This document shows, in pieces, positions 53,176 through 64,000 of a stretch of DNA of 64,000 bases. Position 1 is the stretch's first letter; each line of letters begins with the position of its first letter. Under the pieces are notes generated by a model. The model was given only the letters and a program-made list of their open reading frames with translations. It was not told the origin of the DNA and searched no databases. Origin of the DNA: Callorhinchus milii (Eukaryota); NCBI RefSeq assembly GCF_018977255.1, contig NW_024704742.1, positions 58,344,001 to 58,408,000 on the forward strand, written 5' to 3'. The translations under genes and the position numbers were made by a program.

Positions 53176-53946
53176 CTGATTGAAGAGGAAAAATATGAAT
53201 GATAACATTTGCTTTACAGGAAGTGAATCATTGTTTATAATGTTCGTTTGACTGAACGTGCATTGATTATTGTAAATACGTCAAGCTGGATACAATAATT
53301 GATTGGGGTTTATTCCACTTATTAAAGATATCAATTTTTCTGGTAAAGCTATTATAATAGCTTTGGGACGTCCTCTCGACATGAAATTCTCTTTACAAAT
53401 GTAATCTTTTATTGTAACAACATATCTTATTCCATCTCATGCAGTGAACAACATCCATAAAATACACTTTTGTTTAAAAGTTGGATGTACATTCTTGAAA
53501 ATGCTCTTTAATGGAATAAAGAATTGGATTCACTGCCCATCTGGAATCCTTGCTGCAGCGATCTTGTAATATCCTGAAATATATCTTGAAATATAAGAAA
53601 GTGTGAATATTTCTTCTATCACTAGTACACAAATGGAACTAAATTTAGAAGTTCTCCAGCTATTTAATCCATCAGTGGCTGCCCTCGGATATTAAATGCA
53701 ACTGATCTATTGGTACCCTTTTCAATGACATACTTACACTGATTTTGATTTGATGCAAGGACATGATAGGAAGCTATATCAAATGCAGGGATTATTTAAC
53801 ATTCATTATTATAGTATTATTTTCTCATTATAACTATTATTGAAGTTAATACACATAACAGAGAAGGAAAAGCTGGGCTATTGTCTTACGTTATCCTGTC
53901 AAACTCTGCATCTGAATGCAGGAAACAAATTGGGACCAATAAATAG

Positions 53947-54111
53947 AAGTCGCTGGGAACACTCAGCAGTTCAGACAGCATCTATGGAGAAAGGAAAGTG
54001 GGTCAACGTTTCGGGTCCACGACCCTTCATCAGAACCGTGGACCCGAAACGTTGACTCACTTTCCTTTCCCCATAGATGCTGCCTGACCTGCTGAGTGTT
54101 CCCAGCGACTT
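53947..54111. repeat. Palindromic Penelope-type remnant with a hammerhead ribozyme core on the minus strand
   Basis: About 75-bp inverted arms 53947-54021 and 54037-54111. Minus strand 54033-54001 reads CTGATGA-A-GGGTC-GTG-GACCC-GAAAC-GTTGACC. Confidence 0.75.
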
Positions 54112-54328
54112 TTGTTCTTGTTTCAAGCATCGGCAATATTTTGTGTTTTGTTTAGGACCAATATATGATGGAAACATTTGATAGCAGGTTTGATAATTCC
54201 AACATGTTTCAAAACATCACATTTTCTCTGCTGGACTACAATACTATGTTAAATGTACCAGATCTGAGTTACTTGCAGTAGACTATTATATTGCAAATAG
54301 GAAATCTGAGATAATGTTGTTGTTATAG

Positions 54329-54464
54329 GTTGGAGCATGTATTGTGAACTCTGAAAACAAGATTGTTGGCATAGGATACAATGGGATGCCAAATGGTTGC
54401 AGTGACGATCTTTTACCTTGGGCAAGAAAAGCATCAAATAAACTGGACACCAAATATTTGTATG
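54329..54464 (+). CDS. DCTD: dCMP deaminase exon ([45 protein letters not shown])
   Basis: Acceptor ttatag|, donor G|GTAAGA, 136 nt; phases are compatible with both neighbouring exons. Confidence 0.96.
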
Positions 54465-55421
54465 GTAAGAACTAAAAGTACAAGGTTCTTTCTTCAGTGC
54501 ACTATGAGCATTTTAAGTACATTATGGCTATTGTATAATTCAGTATGAGATACAGAACTAGAGACATCCCACTTCATAGACCTGTGCATGATCGTAGATG
54601 GTCTGATCTTTCTCTAATCCGTTCATCTCTGGAGTGGCTGTTTATTGAACGTGAAGGTAGGAAGGTACCTGGTGGAATAAGTCACGTTGCAGGACTTAGC
54701 AACATAGAAATTTTCAGCACAGAAGGAAGCCATTCCACCCACACTGTACATGTCATCTGTCTGAGACTGAAAGCCCATGTGGTGCTTGCCTGATGTAAAT
54801 ACTGAATCTACCACTGAGGAGGACTTCCTATAAGGGAAGTCACTCCAGCACATACTACATAATGCTGCTACAACTGGTTGGATATAGAACTCCTAAAATT
54901 AGGAACTTGAACAACAGAAACAGAAAAAATGAATGATCATGATGCCTTTACTCTTAGTTCCACTCTCCATTAAATATTGTTGGGAGTTGCTGTCTTTCGA
55001 TGAGCTATTAAACCGAGATTCCCACCTGCCTGTTTTGGTGGACGTGAAACATCCCAAGAGATGAGTTGAAAGGAGAAGGATGCATCTAGGCAGTTACCTA
55101 TCCAGATGAACTAAATTTGTGGGGCTTTGCTGGTGTAATTGAATGCCGAGTTTGTCTACAAAACTAGGCAATCATTGCAGTTGCACTGCCATTCATCTTT
55201 GACAGATTTCATATCAAATTTGGGTATTGAATTGACAGTGTAATTGGATTGTGTATCGCAGTATTGAGCAGTACTTGGAGATTATCTTCCAGATTCATAA
55301 AGAGGGATGATCTTTTACCCAGCAGTACTTGTAGGTGAAAGCATTTCATAACCATTCTGATATTTTAACTTCAATTTTAGCCCTTCTCCTTCAGTCTCCT
55401 TCTCCTTTGAAGACTTTAAGT

Positions 55422-55734
55422 GGAGTCCTGTAGCTCAGTGGTTAGAGCACTCGCTTTGCAAGCGAGAGACCTGAGTTCAATTCCAGGCAGGACGAAACCT
55501 TGGGCAAGTTTCCTTACTCCACACGCCTAATAATAATCCCTCCAAAACCCAAAACAATAATAAATTGGTCATTTTCAATCTACGACTGTTTGTGGGACAT
55601 TGCTGTGCGCAATTGGCTGCCGCGTTCGCCCACAAATATACAGTCAATTCACTTTACAGTGTTCTGTGAAGCGCTTTGGGACGTCCTCCCGACATGAAAA
55701 GCGCTATATCAAATGCAAGGATTATTATTATTAT
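55422..55734 (+). mobile_element. Young tRNA-derived SINE, full length
   Basis: tRNA-like head with A box TAGCTCAGTGG and B box GAGTTCAATTCC; Deu-like core GCTGTGCGCAATTGGCTGCCGCGTT; L2-like 3' end; (ATT)n tail. Confidence 0.9.
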
Positions 55735-56467
55735 AATATGAGAAACTGAAGTGGGTAGGGTTTTCAGTTATTAATCGCAGACATCTTAATGCCAAGGAAA
55801 ATCAAAGGAGTCCTTAATACAAGGGCAGCTTTCTACAACTCATTGGCATACATTGGAGAGTTGTATCAGTAAACCAATACTTTATTATATGCAGTAGATG
55901 GTAACTGTGGTCTGTTGAACATTGAGCTTTGAATGTTCAAAGAGTTCTCCTAAGCAACATTCTCTACCATACTTTTCTCTTTGCTTGATTCTTTTGTCTC
56001 CAATAATCCCTGGCCTCCCCCAGTGCTGCAGCCTTTAACATCAAGCATTTGTTGAGCAACTTTTTGCTTAATTTCTCTACATGTTGTAACATTTAAGTTG
56101 CAGCTTGTCTCGTTTAGATTCAAGCCCCACATCATCACTTGAACTATTATGTAGGCTGCTGCTCCTACATTGCAGAAGGTGCTGTCCTTCAACTGAGACC
56201 GAGACAACACATCTGGTTGGTCTGCCTGTTGGCTGTTAAAGGTCGATTGCCAGTTTGAAAAGAGAAGGGAATTTCTACCATTGTCCTGTCAAGACATTTG
56301 TCCAGATAAACTGATCATTCACTTCATGGCTGTTTGTGGTACATTGGTGTGTGCAAATTGGCTGCTGCTTTTGCCAACAAAAATAACCAGTACATTTGAC
56401 AATAATTATTGTAAGTGCTTTGTGATGTTTCAACGTATTACAAGAATCAAACAAGTAGGCATATAAA

Positions 56468-56770
56468 TGACTGACCAGAATACAGGTCAGTTCGATAAGA
56501 CCTTCGAAAACATCTATGGCAACCTTTTTGACTGACAACAATAAAAAAGGTAAGTGCTTTCTAAGGCCAATTATTCCTACTCCAACTGAGATCAGACAAT
56601 GTATCTGCCCTATTCTCTGCCCAGAAAGGGGATTGCGAGACCCCACATATATTTTTTCAACATAAAAAAAGGATATTAAATATGCGGGGGAAAATCTATC
56701 CAGTCAAAAAGGTAGCCATAGATGATCCCTAAGGTTTTTTGTTAGACTGACCTGCATTTCTGCTCAGTCA
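56468..56770. repeat. MITE-like element with about 68-bp inverted ends
   Basis: 56468-56534 is a diverged reverse complement of 56701-56770 (e.g. CATCTATGGCAACCTTTTTGACTG vs CAGTCAAAAAGGTAGCCATAGATG). Confidence 0.7.
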
Positions 56771-57006
56771 ATGCACGTGGCTCCTTCTTTGAAGCTTTTT
56801 GTCATGTTCTCTCATGTGCCTGTTGCTTATCTTCACCAGTCGAGGGCACTACTGCACTATATATGTGGAGAATACGATTTCCAAATATTGCAGTGTAGTG
56901 CAAAAAGATGAAATATTCATACAGTTGTTAGTGCTACAAATCAAAGAGTAAATTATTTTAACCTTTTATTGTGCAACTCAGGAAAATGGTTAGTGCAGGA
57001 CAAGTA

Positions 57007-57665
57007 CAACAACAACAACAAGATTCCATTTATAGAGCGCCTTTCACGTCAGGAGGACGTCCCAAGGCGCTGCACAGTTGGGTCATGACCCGAGCATTGG
57101 GGGGAAATGGTCAGGGTGAGGGGAGGGAAGGGAGGGAGAGAGGAGGGGGGAAATGGTGAGGGGAGGGAAGGGAGGGAGCGAGGAGGAGGAAGAGAGTCGA
57201 GAGGGGAGCTGAAGGCACGGTCAAAGAGAAAGGTTTTGAGACCGGCCTTGAAGGAGGAAAGGGAGGAGGCGGCGAAGGCACTGGGGGATGGAGTTCCAGA
57301 GCCTAGGGACTGAGAAGCTGAAAGCCCGGCCACCGATGGTAGGGCGGTTGGGGCGGGGGACGTGGAGCAGACCGGAGCCAGAGGAACGGAGGGTACCCAT
57401 AGTCCAGCCTTGAGGTGACAAAGGCGTGAACCAGGGTTTCAGCAGCGTGAGGGGTGAGGTAGTGCCGTAATCTGGCGATATTCCGGAGGTGATGGAAGGC
57501 GGTGCCAGTTGTGGTGCGATGTGAGGGAAGGACAGCTCAGGTCGAACAAAACTCAAGTCTGACGCTTGAGAGGTGGAGAGTGCAGCCTTGGATGCTGATG
57601 CTTCAGCGCTGAGGTGCGGAGGCGCTGACGTGAGCCAATCAGGAGGGCCTCGGTTTTTCGCACGT
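57007..57665 (-). mobile_element. L2 LINE 3' part, same subfamily as 44150-45232, internally deleted
   Basis: Near-identical 3' segment, (TTG)n tail at 57007-57021, deletion junction near 57395. Confidence 0.9.
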
Positions 57666-59687
57666 TACCCTCTACCCTATCTTGCCACAAAAAAACAGTG
57701 CTCTGCTGATAAAGTAAGCAGCATTTTCAACTGTTTGGGGATTTTTTTAATGAAGGAATATTCGGCTGAAGCTCTTTAATGTCTTTGTCCTGGCACTTAG
57801 TATTTATACCCGAGTGTTAGCTTGGTACAGTGGGTAACGCTCTCGTCTGGGTTTTGGTTTCAAGCCACATATCTGGTGAGCCTGGCTCAGTGGTTGCACT
57901 CTCGCCTCTGAGTCAGAAGGTTGTGGGTTCAAGCCCCACTTCAGAACATGAACTCACACAGTCTAAGCTGACACTCCAATGCAGTGCTGGGGTGTGTTAC
58001 ATTGTCGGAGGTGCTATCCTTTGGATGAGACGTTAAACTGAGGTCCCATTTGCCTGTTCAAGGGGCCGTTAAAGATCCCATGGCACTATTCAAAAAGAGA
58101 AGGGAGTTTCTCCTGGTGTTCTTGTCAACAATCCCACAAATAAAATTGGTATTCAGTTTGTTGCTGTTTGTAGGATGTTGCTTTGTGGATAAAACAATTG
58201 GCAGCGATTATTGTAAAGTGTATTTAGGTCTTTCGATGAAAAACAGCTGGATAAAAATAAAGCTTTTTTTTCTATCTTGTATCACAGAAAAATTAAATGT
58301 TTCCTGAGGCAAAATTTATTTCTGTTTATTGAGAGACGACTGGTGATGGTGGTGGGTAGGGGTGTCTATAGTGTATATTCCAGGCTGAAACTATGATTAC
58401 AGGCTGGATATTTGCAGCAGGTAAATGTTTCCCTTTTTTGTCTCTCCATTATGATTTGGGATAGCAAAGTTGTGGATAAGACCATTATATAGAGCGTTAT
58501 CCTGATGTATTTGTAAGTTTCAGTGATCTGAAGTGTCTTCTTCATTTTAAACATAGACTCTCTCTACAAAGAGAATAGATTAATTGCTCATTTGAGTGAA
58601 ATATTTTAATACTGGAACTCCCATATTCCAGTTACTTGGCTGGTAAATATATTTTATACAGGAAAATTCATCAATCCTGGCACTCCACAGGGTGCAGCTC
58701 AGCTGCTTCTCACACTTTTTGATCTTCCAGTAATAAAACCGCCATGGGGGGAGATAAATGTCGCAACCATCTCTGTTGGGATTTTGTTTTGGATAAAGCT
58801 GCATTCATGTAAATGGTATGATTATAAAGGTTGCAAGACATTGAAAAATGGCACCTACTTTCGCTTAGCTATAATAAGATCCCATTAGGAGTTGCTTTCT
58901 TCTAAACAATTGGAGCTTCTAATTTGCCCTTCCTGAATATTTGAAGGGGGCACTTTGCATCCTAATCCACCCCACTCCTTGGCAACCAGGGACATTTCAG
59001 TGGCTGCAACATTAGAATATCTCATTAGAGATATCTCAGATGTGACGAGGCACTATATCCAATGCAAGGATTATTATTATCAGACTGCAGACATGTGTTC
59101 GAAGCTCATCAGATCAAGCCATTCCTGGGTTGCAGGAGGCAAAATAACCCTCCCTCCCTTCCTTTTCAATGGCTCCTGACAAGGTTTAACTGTTCATGTG
59201 GATCTGTAGATCTTGCTGATTCCTTGGCAAAGGGTGGAGTGAAGGAAGAGACTACATTTGGTATCTAAGCTAAACAATACCCCACTGCCTTTGCAATCTC
59301 CTCCAGCCTTATTTTCCTTCTTGCATTTTCTGGTCATCCAACTTGACCTACTGCTCATTCCTTGCCCCTTCCTTCCCAACTGTCAGTGGCTAAGCTTTCA
59401 ACGTGGCACTCTGGAACTCTTATGATAAAATCTTTGCCCTCTGGCTTCTTTCCCTACTTTTGAATCGTTAAAAAAAACACACACACCTACCTTTCTTTTT
59501 GACTATTTGAGGCAACATCCTCAACTGTGTACTTTCTCCCATCCCCTCTTCCCCACACTTTTCCAGCTTGCTCAGTGTGCGACTTCCTTTATTGTGATGT
59601 AGATCTATCAATCAGTTCAAAACCTGAGAACTAGGCTGAAATGCTGAAATGGTACAAAACAAAACAACGGTTCTTTCCCAGTGATTG

Positions 59688-60367
59688 TTCATCAACCTGC
59701 AGGGACATGGGGGAAATAGCAATCGTTTGATATGGACATCACTATGTGGAAGCTGAAGAAAAGTATTCAGAGAAAATTCGATGCTGGAAACCTGAAATCA
59801 AAACCAGAAATGCTAGAGCTGCACAGCAGGTGCAGTACGTGAGCATTTCTGAAAGAGGAAGATAAGATTGGCTAATGTTCTGGATAACAACAACAACTTG
59901 CATTTATATATACAGCCCAAAAATCAGTACCATTGTGTGACCTTTTTGGCAAGCCGTAGAAATTTACAGCATTGAATACAGACCTTCAGCCCATTGTGCC
60001 TTTTTTTTTAAAAAAAGTTAACGCTTCACGAATTTGTCATGCTTATGCAGGGACCACGCTAGTTTTCTCATTCCAATTTTAGTATATGTGCTGCTGAAGG
60101 AGCGCCAGCAGCAAAAAATGCGTCCTTTCTACAATTAAAATCAGAAAGGACTGGAAATTCACAGCAGGTTCCGCCCAGAACATTAGCCGACCTTATCTTC
60201 GTCTTTCAGAAACCCTCACGTTCTGCACCTGCTCTGCGGCTCCAGCATATTTGGTTTTGATTTCAGGTTTTCAGCATCGCATTTTCTCTGAACACTTCTC
60301 CAGCTTCCACAGTGACGTCCACATCAAACGATTGCCTATTTACCACATATCCCTGCAGGCTGATGAA
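59688..60367. repeat. Inverted repeat, about 190-bp arms (59688-59884 and 60175-60367)
   Basis: The arms align as diverged reverse complements, and their inner halves resemble the 53947 palindrome family. Confidence 0.85.
60010..60105 (-). pseudogene. U6 snRNA pseudogene
   Basis: Minus strand GCGCTCCTTCAGCAGCACATATACTAAAATTGGAA...GACAAATTCGTGAAGCGTT...TTTTTTT is collinear with U6. The ACAGAGA box is disrupted by a deletion, and an A9 run follows. Confidence 0.9.
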
Positions 60368-61139
60368 CAGCTTAAAATGGGGGCAGAGAATTCACGAGGG
60401 TCTAAATTTACTCTTTTTTCTTAGCAATTTAGAGTGTCCAGAATTTTGCAAATTCTTCAATGCAGTCTTCATTTTTGAAGCTGGTTTGCCCTAAATTTAT
60501 TTTAAGAATTGCAGAAAACCGGCTTGAAAGTTGTGATTCAAGTTAAGAAATTTGCCAAATTCTGGACGCTCTGAAATGCTGCATAAATTAAAGTATTGAC
60601 TGCCTGCTGTCTGACATCAAGGCTGGGTGAGCGCGAGCTTTCTGCAGCTGAATATGGACAAGACAAAGCCATCCTCCTCGGTTGCTGTCAACATCTTCTC
60701 ACCTGCATTTCTGAACTCCTTAACTTTCCCTGCCTATCCCTCAGGGAACCATAATAATAATAATAACAATGTTCCTTGCATTTGATGTAGCTCTTTATCA
60801 CAAAGTGCTTCATAATATGCTGTAAAGTGAATTGACTGTATATTTTGGATACAAAAATATAAAAATTGGCAGCCAATTGCACACAGCAGCATCCCACAAA
60901 CAATCGTGGATTGAGTGACCAAATCAACATTTATTTATTTTTGGAGGGATTATTACCCCAAGAAAGCAATCCGCCAATCGACTAACAACTGGTTAATAAC
61001 CTCTTCTGTCTGCTCATAACCTACTTCACTACCCGCTCCCTGTCTCAGCTGGCAACTAACTACTTAGTGCCACGCAAACAGAGGCTGCTGTTTGACATCA
61101 GGTTCAATTCTCCGTAATCCTTCCTACCCACATCTGGTC

Positions 61140-61720
61140 CTTGACCAGGACTGCCTTCCTTCACCTCTGCCATCGCCCCTATCTTAGTTCAAATACTGCT
61201 GAAATTTTCATTCTTGTTTTCATCACCTCCTGCCTCAAATTTTCCAATGCACTCCTCGCCAGTCTCCCCAGCTTCACTATTAACAAGGTTCAAATGATTC
61301 AAAATTCACCCATACCAGGGTCTGCACTCCCATCACCCTAGTTCTTGCCAGGCTCCGCTAGTTCCCTGTTGCAGAACGGATCGATTTCAAGATCTTCACT
61401 TTCAAATCTCTTCAAACTTTGGCACTTCCTTACCTCTTATATCTGCTCATAACCTACCTCACTACCCGCTGCCTTTCTCAGCTGGAAAGTGCCTCGTCCC
61501 CCCCGCTCCATCATTGGCAGCCGTGCTTTCACTAAGCCCCAATTCTCTGGAATTCCTTGCTGCATCTTGTCCGTTCTCTGCCCGTTTTTAAATCACACCT
61601 GAAGACTGCTCTCTTTGTGCCTTTGGTTGTCTCTCTTTTCTCCCCCAACACTTTCCAGCTCAGAGTCAAGCCACACCACTGTTAAGCACTCCGATACACT
61701 TCCTTGGGGCTAAATAAATG
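61140..61720 (+). mobile_element. Degenerate L2 fragment
   Basis: FSNALLASLP..KVQMIQNS and RIDFKI remnants. Confidence 0.7.
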
Positions 61721-62505
61721 CTTGTTGCCTTTGTCGTAAATCTAAATCCAGGCCGACACTCCAGTGCAGTACCAAAGGAGATTTGCTTTATTAGAAGTTT
61801 TGTCTGTTGGATGAGACCTTAACCCAATGCCATGTCTGCCTTTTCTGGTTCAGTTCCCATGACACTATTCCGAAAAACAGCAGAACATTCTCCTAGTGGC
61901 TTGTCAGTATCAACTGATTAATTATTTTGGGGACTTTGGTAGAACAGAGTTGTTGCTGTATTTGTCCATGTTACAATAGTCACTGCACTTGAATAAAAAA
62001 AAACCCTTATTTCAAATGAGTCATTTTGACATTCTGTAGTTCCATTTGATACAGTGCCTTATTATAATAATTAAATTTTGTATAGCACCTTTTATTATCG
62101 GGAGGGCGTCGTCTCAAAGTGCTTCACGGGATATACTGTGAAGATTGGTAACTATTTTGTAAGCAAAAACATAAATTATCTGTTACATAAAAGGAATCTT
62201 TTCAGCTGTCAACAGGCTAATGCTGCACAGTACAGACCGAGTATAATCCCATCGCTCAACCGTCATTACTGAGCTAGGGTGTAGTCGTTGAGATGGGTTG
62301 CTCACCACTTTGTCTGCGAAAATAATTTAAATGCCCTTAAATCCTCCTTCCTCCTCTCCTGATTCATTGCTCCCCTATATAGTCGTCTCTGAAAAGTACT
62401 TTGAGGTATTTTTATTTCTCCTACCATAAAAGGTGCTAGATAAATACAACTTGTTTCATGAACCTTGTTTTTGATTGTAATTCACCTTTTGAACATTTCA
62501 TTTAG

Positions 62506-62622
62506 TTTGCCACGCGGAATTAAATGCAATTCTGAACAAGAACTCTGCCGATGTGAAGGGATCCACAATGTATGTGGCCTTGTTTCCCTGTAATGAATGC
62601 GCTAAACTCATCATCCAGTCAG
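62506..62622 (+). CDS. DCTD: dCMP deaminase catalytic exon ([40 protein letters not shown])
   Basis: Contains the HAE and PCxxC zinc-binding deaminase motifs. Acceptor tttag|, donor G|GTAAGA. The C-terminal exons were not found and presumably lie beyond the window. Confidence 0.97.
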
Positions 62623-64000
62623 GTAAGATTTAACTGTTGCACCATTTCCATTTGCTGCATTTGTGTACTGTTTTGTAGCTCAATATCTCATTTATAAAGC
62701 AACTTCTTTTTTAAACTAGTACCCTTTGATCCAAATTAATCATACTATCAGTTTCACAAAAACATATCTGTTTCTGTCCCTGAATGGTGTCAGAATCCAA
62801 ATGACTAATTGCCACATGTGCAAGTCTTAACCTGTTTTTAATTTAAATCAGCAGCCTTCTAAAACACGGGCTGCCAAAGCAGAACACGAGCAGTGTACAT
62901 AATTAATGTCAGGTTGCAGTGCAAAAAGACCTTGAATATATATTTGAAAGATTACTGGGGGAATTATATGGTTGCAGATGGATTTGGTTGGGGCAGCGCA
63001 CTTTGTGATCAATTTATAAACCGGACAAGATTGCAGTCTTAAATTATATACTCATAATTTCCATACATGCTGTGGTGGAGTTCCAAAAGCTGATTTATTT
63101 ACAACTATTGTATAATTGTATTCAAGGTTTGAGAAGTTTTGACATTTATTTTGTTAGACTGTAATAAAAAGGTGTTAAACTCTCCTGTTTAGATAAGGAT
63201 TTTCAAAGGTAATAATTGGGCCTATTAATCTGCTGCTCACATCTGTATTGTTAAACTACCTCCACCCAATTGTCAAAGGATCTTCATCTAACAAAGAGTG
63301 CTCTGCAAAAACGAATAAGTAATATTTTTGCTTAAAAGGGTTGAGAAGTCTTCTCTTGCTATGATGATCGATGGCTCTTCCTCCTCTACTGAGGGCATTT
63401 AACTCCTTTTCCTTCTGGTGTCTGGTTCTTTTCGTAACTTGAATGCAGGATCATCATTCATGTGTTGAAGTTTCCCGGTGATGGCTGGTAGGCTTCTCGA
63501 AGGGCATTCCAGCCTTGATCGTATATACTCACACCTTCAAACAGGGGTCTCCAAATAGTGATCTGGAAGAGGAAACTTGGCTGATTTTATCTCCTTTTTT
63601 AGGCCAGAGACCAATTGTGGTACCCCAAGTCTGAATGACTCAATGCTGCATTGCACTGATACAATGATTTTAAGAATGCGCACTTATATTTCCCCCCTTG
63701 TATTCTTGGGTGTATCACGTAACATTGGTGCAATGTCAGATTATTCTAAACTCAGTACCTCAGTCCTTGATCTGTGCCATGCTGCTGGTAGACTGGGTTA
63801 TTCCCCAGAGGTAGAGGGTAGGAAGAATATCATCACTTGCCACCTCATGGTCAGCTGAAGAGTGGTAAGGGTCACAGGTCTGGGTTCTGGTTAAGATCCT
63901 TTGGCTGCAGTGGCTTTATGGCTCAACAAAATCTCTATTATGGAAATGGGGGAGCGGAAGGTGGGTGGGGTGGTGGGGAATACATATCTACGGATTCCAG

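Noticed and set aside
55422..55495. tRNA gene (Ala-TGC-like), also at 13118, 18440, 29690 and 39680
   Set aside because: These are SINE heads continuing into the SINE core and tail, without a proper acceptor stem or terminator.
60010..60105. Functional U6 snRNA gene
   Set aside because: The ACAGAGA box and internal stem-loop are damaged, an A-tail is present, and no upstream TATA/PSE was recognised.
60395..60590. Weak palindromic repeat similar to 11540-11725 and 15280-15500
   Set aside because: Probably an old MITE, but too degraded to define ends or family.

Overview
This is repeat-rich vertebrate genomic DNA; the CR1/L2 LINEs, tRNA-headed Deu-like SINEs and Penelope-type palindromes suggest a cartilaginous fish (inference, not verified). 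Two genes are arranged head to head. WWC2 has its first coding exon (WW domain 1) on the minus strand at 24247-24374, with intron 1 running toward position 1. DCTD (dCMP deaminase) is on the plus strand, with exons at 46236-46344, 54329-54464 and 62506-62622 and a candidate first exon at 45340-45365. Most of the rest is LINE, SINE and MITE debris, and most entries in the ORF track are artefacts. The most unusual items are: a ~2.7 kb two-part tandem array immediately upstream of WWC2 (a 17-bp octamer-like minisatellite plus a CAC/CAG triplet tract, capped by a TATA box); a hammerhead-core palindrome just before a DCTD exon; a U6 retrocopy joined to a CR1-like tail inside a ~190-bp inverted repeat; and an unrecognised ~600-bp repeat family clustered around the WWC2 5' end. 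I cannot support a claim of a new multi-gene system. Repeat boundaries were read by eye and are approximate.
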